Below, piece by piece: positions 1 through 10,942 of a stretch of DNA of 64,000 bases. The stretch covers positions 1,757,182 through 1,821,181 of the forward strand of contig CAJINV010000010.1 in assembly GCA_905178155.1 (NCBI GenBank), read 5' to 3'. This DNA is from Amoebophrya sp. A120 (lineage: Eukaryota > Protista > Dinoflagellata). The number at the start of each line of letters is the position of its first letter. Within the stretch, counting starts at the first letter, position 1. The position numbers and the translations under genes were made by a program. The notes under the pieces were generated by a model, which had not been told where the DNA came from, ran no database searches, and saw only the letters and a program-made list of their open reading frames with translations.

Positions 1-214
1 CGTCGTGGCTGTAAAATTGAAATCCTGTAGTTTCATCCTTTGGCAGTGTTCTAAAAGCTATTGAGATATTTATTTCCCTTTACGTTGTACAACATTTTTT
101 TTGTCAAAAGCAAATAAAGGTGTATAGATCATGCCGAACCGCCTCCCGAGGAGCAAGTCTGACAGAGACAGACGCAGACCTTTTCCCGGCATTAATTTCT
201 CCTCAACAGAAAAA

Positions 215-3200
215 TCAACATTCGCGACGTGCATTTTTTGTACAAGAAGAAGATTGTATTTTCAGGTAGAGATGATACCGATGAAAATGAGAGATAATCA
301 TCAAAATTTTTTCTTTCAATTCACGCAAATTGAAATTGCTTCTGAGAGAACCACTCTGAGTAGCTTGTCGTTGTCCCAGGGGTTCTCGGCCTGTAGCTGT
401 AGTGTTAGCAGTGTAGTAGACAGGCGGTACATATTCGACCTGACAGCACGAAACTGCAGGAGTTATCTTCATCCGCACGACGTTCACGTTGTTACGTACG
501 CAAAAGAGATGTTGAATAGCGACATTGTTCTACTCGAGTAGAAGCTGCAAGGAATCGTTCCTGATGTAATCCTGTGTAGATGTTGGTCCAAACGGATTGA
601 CTTCCTCAACTCCGCTCCGCACCAAACATGGTCCTACATTTCTACTTTGTTCCTGACCTCCTTTTAGAAATGAAGCTCCGGTCCTCGCCAGCGCCGGGCC
701 ACGGGTTGCAAGTGCTGCCGAATTTGTTTTTGGACCAGGGAGGAGGAGGAAGTTTTTGCTGCATCATCTCCTGTGCCGGTTGCTGTAGTTTTTGCTGGGT
801 CGATGTAGTAGATTTTCCGCAAATACTGCATCGTTTTCGGCACGTCATTATCCTGTGCAAAAGTATCGCACTCGTAGTAATCGCAGTCATGCATTACAAG
901 TCTCCATCCCAACCCCAAGGCAAAACAGCATGACAAATTCCATTTTTCGCCATGCTGAGCTAATTTGTATAATTGCAATTACCAGCAGTGCGATGCTTTT
1001 GCATTGCATAGTCATAGACCTCCTCCAACTTTTTCGCTTTCGACGCCACCAAAGCCGGCGCAGCAGTCGTCGATTCCTCCAGAAGCTCCTCGTCTGCCTT
1101 GCCGTCTCCGCCACCGCATCCTCCTGGACAGATCTTGCTCAACAGAGACTGGCTGCTCTTGGTCGCCTGCGACAGTTGCATGTTTTCATTCTGCACGTCC
1201 TGGCAAGAGACCTCGTGGGCGGGCTTGTCATCTTTGTCTTTTCCTCCAAACAAGTCCTCGCGAAAATCTTCTTCCCGGTCGACGAGTATGCATTGCAAAT
1301 GTGTAGTCTTGGTCTGGAAACTTGTGATGCTAAAGTATGGACGAGCCTGGTGCTTTCAAGCGTTGTTGAAAAGCATGACAAGTTCAGATGACACGATCCT
1401 CACCCTCTGATTCGTAGCACGCATGACAAACTACGTTTGTGTTACATGACAAAAAAGTGTCGCGGCCACTGCTGGCTATGCAATACAAAGTTTTCAGGAA
1501 AAATCCAAATGCAACCCATGCAACACAAGTTTCATCACTTCTCCAGACCCAGCAGATATATTTGCACTGGATAGCGAAGCTCTCTTTGCGGCTTTCCGTT
1601 GCGGCGGGACAGACATCCTGTGCAAAACTATCGCACTCGTAGGGTAGTTGTAATCGCAGTCATGCATTACACATCTTTTTCTTTATGGTAAATGTAAATC
1701 CGCATTACAGATTTTATTTTTGATGCTGAGAAAATTTGTAATGCATTTATACGAGTACGATACTTTTGCAATTCATAACAGACCCCGGGTTTCCAGCAGT
1801 CGGGGCAGATCTGGCAGGTGGGCCAACGCCGATCGTTGACCGAGATCTTCTTGTCTTTGTGGTTCTTCCATCCACAGAAAATATCATTTTCCCGCACACG
1901 TATATCAAATGTGGCTTCCGCATGAGAAACTTTCCCATTCCCTTCCGATCTCTGCAGTGTGACATGTTGTAAAAACTTCTTCTAAAATGTTTTTGGTGAA
2001 ATTTGTGATGCATTTTGTAGCACGTGTGCGGGAAATCAAAATCTTTATTGCATATCGTCTTGCTGGCGGGATCGTCGTGCCCGTTGTTCCGTACGAAATC
2101 CTCATCCTCCGCAAAGTCGCATTCCCGCTGCGTCGACTCCTTCGCAATGCGGGTGGATACCAGATTGTGGAACTGCCACAGGGCGACAGGAAAAACCGTA
2201 CTCGCATCTGCCGCCGAAGAAGTAGAAGTAGCAGTTGCAGCAGAAACTACGTTTTGCAGGAAGGGCCTGCCTATCAAATGCAAAAGTATCGTACTCGTAG
2301 TAATCGCAATTATGCATTACAAATCTGGTTCCCAAGGAAAATCAGCATGACAAATTCCATTTGTCATGCTGAGAGAATTTGTATTGCGATTACTACTAGA
2401 ACTAGTACGATACTTTTGCAGTGCGTACTGCCCTGCTCGATGTAGTGGGTCCGGCACTGCGCGCACAGCATCCAGTATAACCCGCTCACGTGTTACAATC
2501 TCAAGCGTTACAATAGAACATGGCAATCTGTGATGCAAGAGTGCATTATCTAGCCAACTCTCATAGGATTGCGCATGACAAGATCCGGAGCCCCAAAGCC
2601 CACCACAATCTGGCGAAATTTGTATTGCAGAAAGTGGAACGATCTGCGAGTCTGTCATGCTCATCATGAAAGAAAAGTCTCAGACTCTATTGTAACGTTT
2701 GAGATTGTAACACCTGAGCGGGTTATATCCAGTGCTCCATGATTTTGTCCATGAATTCGAACGCCACAGTTGGGTCCCCGACATTGTGCGCGACCAGGTG
2801 ATATGAACTGCGAAATTATCGCACTAGTATGAGTTGCATTACAAATTTGCTCAGCATGACATATGGAATTTGTCATGCTGTTTTGCCTTGGGATGGAGAT
2901 TTGTAATGCATACTTAAACGCAATTAGTACGAGCACGATACTTTTGCAATGCATAGGTGAAACACCGCCCACAGCATGCTCGTCTGGCTGAGGCCAAACC
3001 GCGGGGATTTGGCCTTTTCTCCCCGCTTCCCGTCGGCCGTTTCGCCCCGGATTTTCAGGTGTAAGTCCTTTTTCAGCAGCTTCAGGCACTCGTGGGCACC
3101 GCCGGAAGAAGTAGGTGAAGAGGCTGCAATGGTTGCTGGCGCAGCAGCGCTGCCAGAAGAGGCCGTCTCAAAAGCAGCAGCGCTTGTTTCCGTTTTTATC

Positions 3201-4849
3201 TGCTCATCTGACGTCGAAGTATCAAAGTCTTGCTCTGTGCACTCCGGCCTTCGCAGAATTGTCGGCAAGGTCGTGTTCAAACTGTTCAGGAGGGACAAAA
3301 GATCCGCTTGCGCATCTTCAGTTCCACTGCTCTCCTCCGAAGATACTTGTGCAGATTCCGCACTGTCCGCGGTGAAACTCAGGTTCGAAAATTCCTGTTC
3401 CCGACGATCCTTCTTCTGGTGTTTCTTCTGCAGCCGCGTCTGCACGAAGGACGAGGAAGACACATCCCCCCGCCTGTTCATCGCATCCCCGCCCGGAATG
3501 ATCCCGCCGCCAAAGTCGAGCGACGAGGGCTGCGACAGGTGTAGTTTAGCGTGGTCCGGAGGGCTTGTGGTCAGGAAAACGGTCGCACTGCTGCCAGAGG
3601 TAGAGGTCTTCTGCGATAATTGCTCCGCACTGCTTTCTCCGCTTGCAGTAGAGCTTCTCGTGGCCCCGCCAAGGGTCGCAGCTTGTCCTGCTGGGTCCTG
3701 CGCTTTCTGAAACGCGTCGGCTTTCCGTGCCAACTCCGTCATGACCGCGAGGACCTGCAGGTACGCTTGCTGCTTTTCCAGAGCGGTGTTGTCGCCGGCA
3801 ATTGCGAGTTCGAACCCGTCCGACAAGAAGAACAGCAGCGACAGCAGGGTCTCCTGGGCCAGCCGCGCCGGACTGCGGATGGTGATCGTGGGGTGCGCTT
3901 TCAGCTCCCTCTCCTGCGTATCAAATGTAAAAATGTCTGGGTCTGGAAGGTTGCCAAGTTTGTCATGCATATTTTGCATGACTCAGGATGTCTGTAATGC
4001 ATGATCTAGCATCACATATTTCTGGAGGCCTTTCTGATGCCTATCCCGCAAGACAAATGCCCTCCCCGCGTAGCACAAACTGGGCGCCTCTTGCTGGTCA
4101 TGCAATACAGATTTTTTTAGAGTCCAAAGTTAGCATCACAAGTTGCATTCTTCCAGACTCAGACAACATTTTTACATTTGATACTGCGATCGGATCATGG
4201 ACAACCGCTTCTCCTCTGGCGGGGTCAGCTTCCCGTGCGAGCCAGCGTATGAGAGTGCACAACTCCGCCTCCAACCCCTCATTCGTATTGCATGAACAGC
4301 AATACAAGCGCCATCACACGTGGAGCCTACGCATGACAAACTCATGCAGTTCTAGCAAAGTACTGTTTGGGCCCCTTCCGGAATTTGTCATGCAGACAGT
4401 GCCACAGGAGGGAAACGCTTGGATTTGGGGTTTTGCATGACATCAAATGAGGGGAAGGGGAAGTAGTTGTGCACTGTCATACAGCGAGCAGCCCAACCAC
4501 GTCTGTGTACACCGCCCATCCGTCCTTGAATGGTTTGCCCGTGATGTAGGTTTGCAGAAAATTCTCGTCGTTTGTGGAGGGATGTGCATTGCAAAAGTAT
4601 CGCACCAGTAAAAATCGCATGACAAATTCACTCAGCATGAGAAATGGAGTTTGTCACGCTGTTTCACTTTGGGATCGAGATTTGTACTAATGCATGGCTG
4701 CGATTACTACGAGTACGATACTTTGTTTTGCACAGGATAAGGGAGTTCGGAGAGAGAGATAATTCACGCCGACGGCCTCCAGGTTTCCGCGAATCACCGC
4801 CGGGATAGATTTGCCACCCATGACCTGGAAATGAGAATGTGAATGACAT
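215..4849 (-). CDS. Multi-exon gene for an uncharacterised low-complexity (S/A/Q-rich) protein; ends uncertain
   Basis: Minus-strand ORF pieces join in frame after removing introners, e.g. EEVYD|VPKTMQYLRK across 849-1010. Largest exon ~2956-3918. No recognisable domain. Confidence 0.55.
849..1010. mobile_element. Introner family A
   Basis: TAT..GCAAAAGTATCG / CGATGCTTTTGC..ATA TIR; TSD gtcat. Confidence 0.92.
1287..1573. mobile_element. Introner family B (degenerate)
   Basis: GGTCTGGAA / CCAGACC TIR; TSD poor. Confidence 0.75.
1614..1777. mobile_element. Introner family A
   Basis: TIR; TSD acaga. Confidence 0.9.
1869..2054. mobile_element. Introner family H-like
   Basis: TTTCCCGCACACGT / ACGTGTGCGGGAAA inverted repeat; TSD tcttc/tcgtc. 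Confidence 0.75.
2272..2427. mobile_element. Introner family A
   Basis: TIR; TSD ctgcc. Confidence 0.9.
2476..2727. mobile_element. Introner family I (long ~41-bp TIR)
   Basis: TATAACCCGCTCACGTGTTACAATCTCAAGCGTTACAATAG with a near-perfect inverted copy; TSD tccag. Confidence 0.9.
2802..2955. mobile_element. Introner family A
   Basis: TIR; TSD ggtga. Confidence 0.9.
3919..4183. mobile_element. Introner family B
   Basis: TATCAAATGTAAAAATGTCTGGGTCTGGAAG TIR; TSD ctgcg. Confidence 0.92.
4248..4481. mobile_element. Introner family C
   Basis: TATGAGAGTGCACAAC TIR; TSD cagcg. Confidence 0.92.
4583..4739. mobile_element. Introner family A
   Basis: TIR; TSD aggga. Confidence 0.88.
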
Positions 4850-4974
4850 AAAGATGATTTTTCTGTACTAGTACCAGTTCCTCAGTATGTACTGTATTCG
4901 TATTGATCATGCATACCGAAACCGATCATGGAGGACAGTGACAAAGCATCGCTGTCATGCAATGAAAAAATCAT

Positions 4975-7900
4975 GACCTTCAACAAAAAAAAAAAAACAC
5001 AAGTACGTAGCTGTAGGCAGCGAGCCAGTTGGCGACATGGTCCCCACTCCGAAAGGTCGCGCCCTCCAACATGAACTGCAGTGGATCTTCAAAGCCTCCT
5101 CGTGGTACCGGTTGCACGCTTATGGATTGCAAATATGTCTGGGTCTGGAAGATCGCAACTTGTCATGCTAAATCCGAATCATGCAAAAATTTGTGTTGCA
5201 TGCGTGCCAAAAGCTGTCCACTTTCGACCAAGTTGGGCGGGAGTTTCCCATGCAGGATAGGCATGGCAGAGACCTCAGAGAGTCTGTCGCGCTAGAATCC
5301 GCATTCCAGACCTCATGGGTCATGGAAAACCCGCATGACAAGTTTACAGTCTTCCAGACCCAGGCATTTTTGCACGTGATAACACTCATTTCAGTGCAGT
5401 TCCCGTCGCTGCCACCGAACGTTTTCTGCCAGATGTAGCCCGCCGCGGCGGCGAGCTCGCCTATCAGATGCAAAAGTGTCTGGGTCTGGAAAGTTGGAGC
5501 TTGTGATGCGAGCTTTGGACTCTACATAAAATCTGTATTGCATGAAAAGCACAAGAGGCGCAATTTGTGCTACGCGGCGGGGGCATTTCTCATCCGGTAG
5601 AAGCATCAGAGAGCCCTCGAAGAATCTCTGATGCTAGGGCATGCATCACAGACCTCACGGGTCATGCAAAATCTGCATGACAAACTCCTGCATTCTTCCA
5701 GACCCAGACACTTTTGCAGTTGATATCGCCGGTTTCGAAGCACGAGAGGTTCCCGTTTGCAACCTCGGGGAAAAACAGGTAGAACGTCGGGAACGATTGG
5801 ATGGTATAGGGGGCCGCCGTGCACTATGGATGTGTCAGAGTTGAAATCGACAAAGTTGAAATAATTTGCCATGCATAAAATGGATGCCAGCTGGAACCCA
5901 GTTTCCAAGTGGCGCATGACAAATTTCGGCGGTCCCTAAATCCAGTCTGTCATGCTGTTTAGGCAAAGAAGAGCGATTTTCTGATGCTACTTTAGCAGCT
6001 CGAGCTGTAACCCCAAACAGGCTTACAATCGGCCTCACTTGCCTGCTCTGCAACACACGCGCCTCGGCTCATGCATTTTATGCATTACAGATTATTTCAA
6101 CTTTGACGATTTCAAACCTGACGCTTCCATATGCACATGCTTTCGAAGCAGGTGGAGTCCGCGCAGTCCATCGCGATGGGAGTATGGAAAAGAGGAGGAG
6201 AAACGTAGGTGTCATCGTCTGGAGTTCGTGGTAGGTATATAGTTGGGAGTGGTGAAGCTGTCACGCTGCATAACATGTCAGATTGTAGTTCTAGTTGTAT
6301 CTAGCGCGGGCGGTCGCTCCGCGACCGCCGGAGAGGTATGGAGTAGACAAGAAAGCGATGGGCCCGATTTCCTAGTAGGAAGGGGAGGGGAGGGGGCGAG
6401 AACCCTACAGGCGTAGGGCGTTTCCGGGCGCCTGCTGGGTCCCCTAGATAAGAACAAAGGCGTGCCAGCGGCCAGCCCCAGGCCCCAGGAGCAGCAGTGG
6501 TCCGGGACACAGAAAGAACAGACACCTGTGACCATGACCCCACCCTGGGAGGGGGCGGGCCGTTCGGGATGTTCCCAATTTGCGAGCACCCCCCCAAGTT
6601 GCGAGCCTTACGGGCGGCTGCTCGTCATTCCAGTTACGCCCCCAAGGCGGTGGGGCTGCAAAACAAAGAAGCACTCGCCCGCCCACGTCTGCGCCCCCTT
6701 TTCCCGGGAACGAGCGCCACGTCCCGCGCTACCACAAAGGCACGGGTTGCTCGGCGCTAGGTCCTCCACAGGGGGCAAGGGAAGCCAGCAGCGCGGGCGA
6801 GCTCCTTGGCGGAAGCTCGGGGCGAACCGGCCCGCGAGGCAGTTTTCTACTAGTAAGCTTTCTCCTAGTAAACTCTCTACTAGTAGCCTTACTAGTAGAA
6901 TTTTTGCTCGCCTGTCCCGTTAAATTTACTAGTAACGTTTTTTACTAGTAAGAATTTGCGGATTTTTGTTACTAGTAAAGATTTTACTAGTAGAAATCGG
7001 GCCATGCGTCAATCGCATTTCTTGCCGTGTAGTATATAGGGTATTGTTACTGTGCTTTCGAAGCAGGTGGAGTCCGCGCAGTCCATCGCGACGGGAGTAT
7101 GGAAAAGAGGGGGAGAAAGCGGTTAGAGCTGGAAGGGTCGCTAATGTGAAGCCTTCCGGGTCTCGTGCGGTACTTGCAAAGTATACGGAAAGTAGGTGCG
7201 TAAATTGGCAGCGAATTGCGTTGATTCTCCATCTGCCAAAGCAAGATGGAAGAAATCAGACCAGATGCGCAGCGACTGCGTGCGGCCCGCCGGAGGACCA
7301 TTCCGGACCGGGATGGGGGCCGGAAAGGAAGAGAGAGGGGGGTGGGAAGCTGGCGGGAAGGCGGAGGGCCTATAGGGGGGGCCGGGAAGGGGGCGGCGGC
7401 CCGGAAGGGTGGCCCGGATGCCGGCCTTTTCGGTACAGCGGAACGGGCCCTCTGCCTCGCCTGTCTCCCCCGGGAGTCCGCGCACTTTTTTCCGAGGGCG
7501 TGGAGGCCCCCCAATTTGTCTCCCGGAGGAGCCGGAATCCGCCCGGTGCTGGCGCGAGGGCGCATGGTATGGCCCGCGTCCGCAGATGTTGCCGCGGACA
7601 GCTTTTTGGGCACCAATTGGAGGCTTACCCGCCCGCTATGGTGGGCCGGAGGCCTCCCAAAAACGGGTCCGGGGTGCAGATAGGGGGGGTCCAGCGGGAC
7701 TTCAGCGGGACTTGGTTTCTGAAGCGGCTCGCCCGAGCTAAAATGGCCGATTTTCCGACCAGAAAAACGGTCGGCCATCCAAGTCCCGCCAAAGTCCCGC
7801 TGGACCCCCCCTATGGTGGGGTCCATGCGAGCAGGTGGAGTCCGCGCAGTCCATCGCGACGGGAGTATGGAAAAGAGGGCGAGAAAGCGGGTGTCATTCG

Positions 7901-8350
7901 TCTTGAGTTCTTCGTAGATGAAATTAGAGTGGGGCGGAAGTAGACAATATTAACGCTGCATAACATGTTGACAGATTATTTTTGTTAGTGTGCTCTGTAC
8001 AAATCTTGCTTAGTGCCCTTACAAAGAACTAGAGTCAAACAACTACTCCCCACAGGAAGTACAAGTAGACCATGACAAAGTGCATCAACGAGTCGCGCGT
8101 CAACATGCAAACTGCCTCACTTCAATTCTACTCGGCACGATGACTGAAGTAAATTTTCCAATTTTGATAAATCAACACTTTCTTCGCCACCAACTTGGAC
8201 ACCAAGTCCGCGGCGTGCGAAATAACGGGCATCATGTGCTGACAGTGTGGACACCAGGAGGCGTAGAAGTTGACGAGGAGCAGGAGATCGTTCGCCTGGA
8301 GAGTGTGTGGTTTAGGTTTTCTAATTTCATCGTAGGAGGTGTACTAAGTA
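4975..8350 (-). CDS. Thioredoxin/PDI-like protein (split gene with a ~2-kb repeat-filled intron)
   Basis: LLLVNFYASWCPHCQHM at ~8235-8290 (WCPHC at 8242-8256). Downstream exon 5726-5824 reads GPYTIQSFPTFYLF, the thioredoxin cis-Pro motif. Exact exon joins across 6137-8180 are unresolved. Confidence 0.7.
5121..5381. mobile_element. Introner family B
   Basis: TIR; TSD acgct/acact. Confidence 0.88.
5462..5725. mobile_element. Introner family B
   Basis: TIR; TSD tcgcc. Confidence 0.9.
5825..6131. mobile_element. Introner family D
   Basis: TATGGA..GTCAG..GAAATCG.CAAAGTTGAA TIR; TSD tgcac. Confidence 0.9.
6138..7970. repeat. Composite GC-rich insertion with three direct copies of GCAGGTGGAGTCCGCGCAGTCCATCGCGA(T/C)GGGAGTATGGAAAAGAGG
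   Basis: Copies at ~6148, ~7063 and ~7830. The outer copies extend to ACGCTGCATAACATGT (~6263, ~7953). Contains a truncated copy (from 7123) of the element at 13862. Confidence 0.8.
6843..6997. repeat. Cluster of ~8 palindromic TACTAGTA-like motifs
   Basis: ttctactagtaag...ttactagtagaa repeated at 12-30 bp spacing. Confidence 0.8.
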
Positions 8351-8699
8351 GGCACTAAATGATGACTTTTTGTGCGCGGCGACTCGGCATGCCTAGATGA
8401 GATCAAAAACAGCACCAAGAGGAAGAGCTATCAGCTATACTTTCGCAAAGGCCTTGATCTTCCGAAATTCGGGATATGGTGGGAAAACTTTCGAGTCAAT
8501 GGAGCGGAATTTGTCTTTGTCATGCACCATAACTGGGCCATGCGCATTTAGATGCTAAATGTCAAGTACAACAACTTTGCTCATCCCACCTTGCAGACTT
8601 GACGACTTTAATGTTCTACAGACCTTATCTCGTGACGTAATTAGAAGTAGATGAACTGCAGCAGTTCATCTCCTTCAATCTTCAAGCATGAGATTCCTC

Positions 8700-9960
8700 T
8701 CCCGACTCCAGAAAGCCTTTATGTTCCAGCATACACACGGTGTCGGTGTGATCACGTGGGAAAACGCGCCTTTTGCTTCCAACATCTTGAACGTGACAAT
8801 TGTATCCAGTAGAAAAAAATATGAATCATCTGTACGCGAAAACGACATTTTTGCCCAGTATCTCCGATGAAGATACTTCTTTTTGTTTATTCCCGATACG
8901 TACCTTGTTCTCGTTCTGGACGAACATCAGAATGACAACAATTTTCTACCTCTGTGTCAAAATTTGTATTGCGTTTTTTCGTACAGGATTATAAACAAAT
9001 TTTCCATTGCATATTCCCCACTGCAATCTGTGACCGGCTGGTCCTTCACCACCTGGTTCGCCCGGTCATCGGTTGGACAGTTCTCCTTCTGATCTTCTTC
9101 GCTTTCCGTGCTACTTCCAGAAGAAGCACCCGCACTTCCGCCCGTCCCAGCACTGTCCGCCGGCAATACGTGCGTTTCCGTGTACCCGATAGCGCCACTA
9201 GCCCCGAGTTGGATCAAAACGTTGTTCCCGTGACGCCCGCTGTTTTCCTCTTTTGCGGCCTTGCTCTCGGTGGTGTATTGGTGACGGTGGTGGTTTGAAG
9301 ATGCTCCTCCGGTGGTGCGAAAGGAAGACGAGGCGGGGGCGTCGTCCTTGCTGCTGCTCCTATCCAGCCCGCTGATGCTGTTCTCATCCCGAAGCAACTG
9401 GTGTAACGATTCGGCGGACGCAAAAATGTATCCTGTGCAAAAGTAATATCGCACTCGTTGTAGTAATTGCTGTCATGATGACACACGACAAATCTCCTAC
9501 TTTTCAAGTACAAGTAGGTGAATTATCAGCATGACAAATTCATCCAGCTGTCACGCTCTAATGGTAATGCGATTTACAATTACTGCAGCTGTGTGAGTGT
9601 GCGATAGTACTTTTACAATTCATAAAAAGAAGGAAATTGCAGTCTTGTTTGGGAGGTGGAGGTCCGACTGCAACTCTGCCAGCAGTGCACCTGCTAGACA
9701 GAACAGAAGGGAACGCAGGCTGTGAGCCGTCATTTGGGTCGCTTCGGTTCAGGAGTTGTTACTCATCGAAAGAAAAAAAACAGTTGCTGGCGCTCGGGTT
9801 CGTTTGGGCCAGCTGCATTTGAATTTATTATATACCGCAGTCTAGTATCGATTGCTATCGCACGAACTACAGCTGCGAAGCCATGTATCATTGTCTGCGC
9901 GTCTCGAGGAGCAAAGTCGTCTACAGCTCGTTCTAATCTTACAATGGTTACACACACGAC
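8700..9960 (-). CDS. Uncharacterised protein (multi-exon, boundaries uncertain)
   Basis: Minus ORF 8957-9428 is low-complexity, ends ...YAMENLFIILYEKTQYKF, and is interrupted by introner 9429-9624. Confidence 0.4.
9429..9624. mobile_element. Introner family A (degenerate)
   Basis: TIR; TSD aaatg/aaaag. Confidence 0.8.
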
Positions 9961-10942
9961 GACGACCCGATAAGCGATGTCACCGATGACTAGCTACGAT
10001 GAAGATCCCAATTCCGGCACTATCAGACAGGAAAACTTCGTCTCTCATCAATTACGCACACGGCTTCAATTTTTTTTTTTACGGATCGTTAACTACGAGA
10101 GAGAGGCGTTGACCTTTTGATGAAACTAAGACGCCCAAGCTCAGTCACAATCACACCAAGAGCGCGCTATACGAAGAACAACCGCGAGCCGTTTCGTTCG
10201 ACGACGACGCCTCGTTTTTGTCGTAGGCTTCACACTCGCTTTCTGGCGATAACGAGCACGGGCCGACCCTGCGTCGCGACCTGCCGGCGCCCTGGCCTCG
10301 AGTTTCGCCTTACACCGCCCAGGCACATCTGCAGGCATCGCAATTCATCTTCACGGCGCCAACACGAGCGGGGCGCGCGATGCAACCAAGCCTAGTTACC
10401 GTTGGTCCGGCCCGGCTCCATAGGTCTGACAATTTGACTCTACCGGCCAGCCAGTGGGGCACCGCGCCGGACATCAATCCGGAACTAACTTGATAGGCAC
10501 ATTTAATGAGTTAGGTCATCTCCAGAATACTAAGTAATTCAAATTTTTGGAAGTGAGGTGCTGTCCGCAATTCAAGTCGTAAGAGGCATTTAGATTTTGG
10601 TATAGTGGTCGCCGCACGGGCAAAATCTTCCAGGATCGGTAGCTTAGGCGCTGGCTGTTGAGCAAACTCATTTAACAGTGTCAGCAAGATGAAGGTCAAA
10701 GACGTGTGCTCGGACGTGCTTTGGCTTTGCGTTGAACTAATATTCCTGTGCATGTGGCTATCTGAACAAGACCAAGCGTGGTTCGTGTCATGGTGAGACA
10801 TGAGTGTCAATGTCTGGGAAGCAGTACGCGTCTTTCTGGGAGTGGACGGAGACGACCACCACGTGTATTATTGGCGTTTACTCGAAAGCCACAGAGTTGT
10901 TGCACGGAGAGCAGGACGAGCACGCGGGAGGCCTACTAGTTT

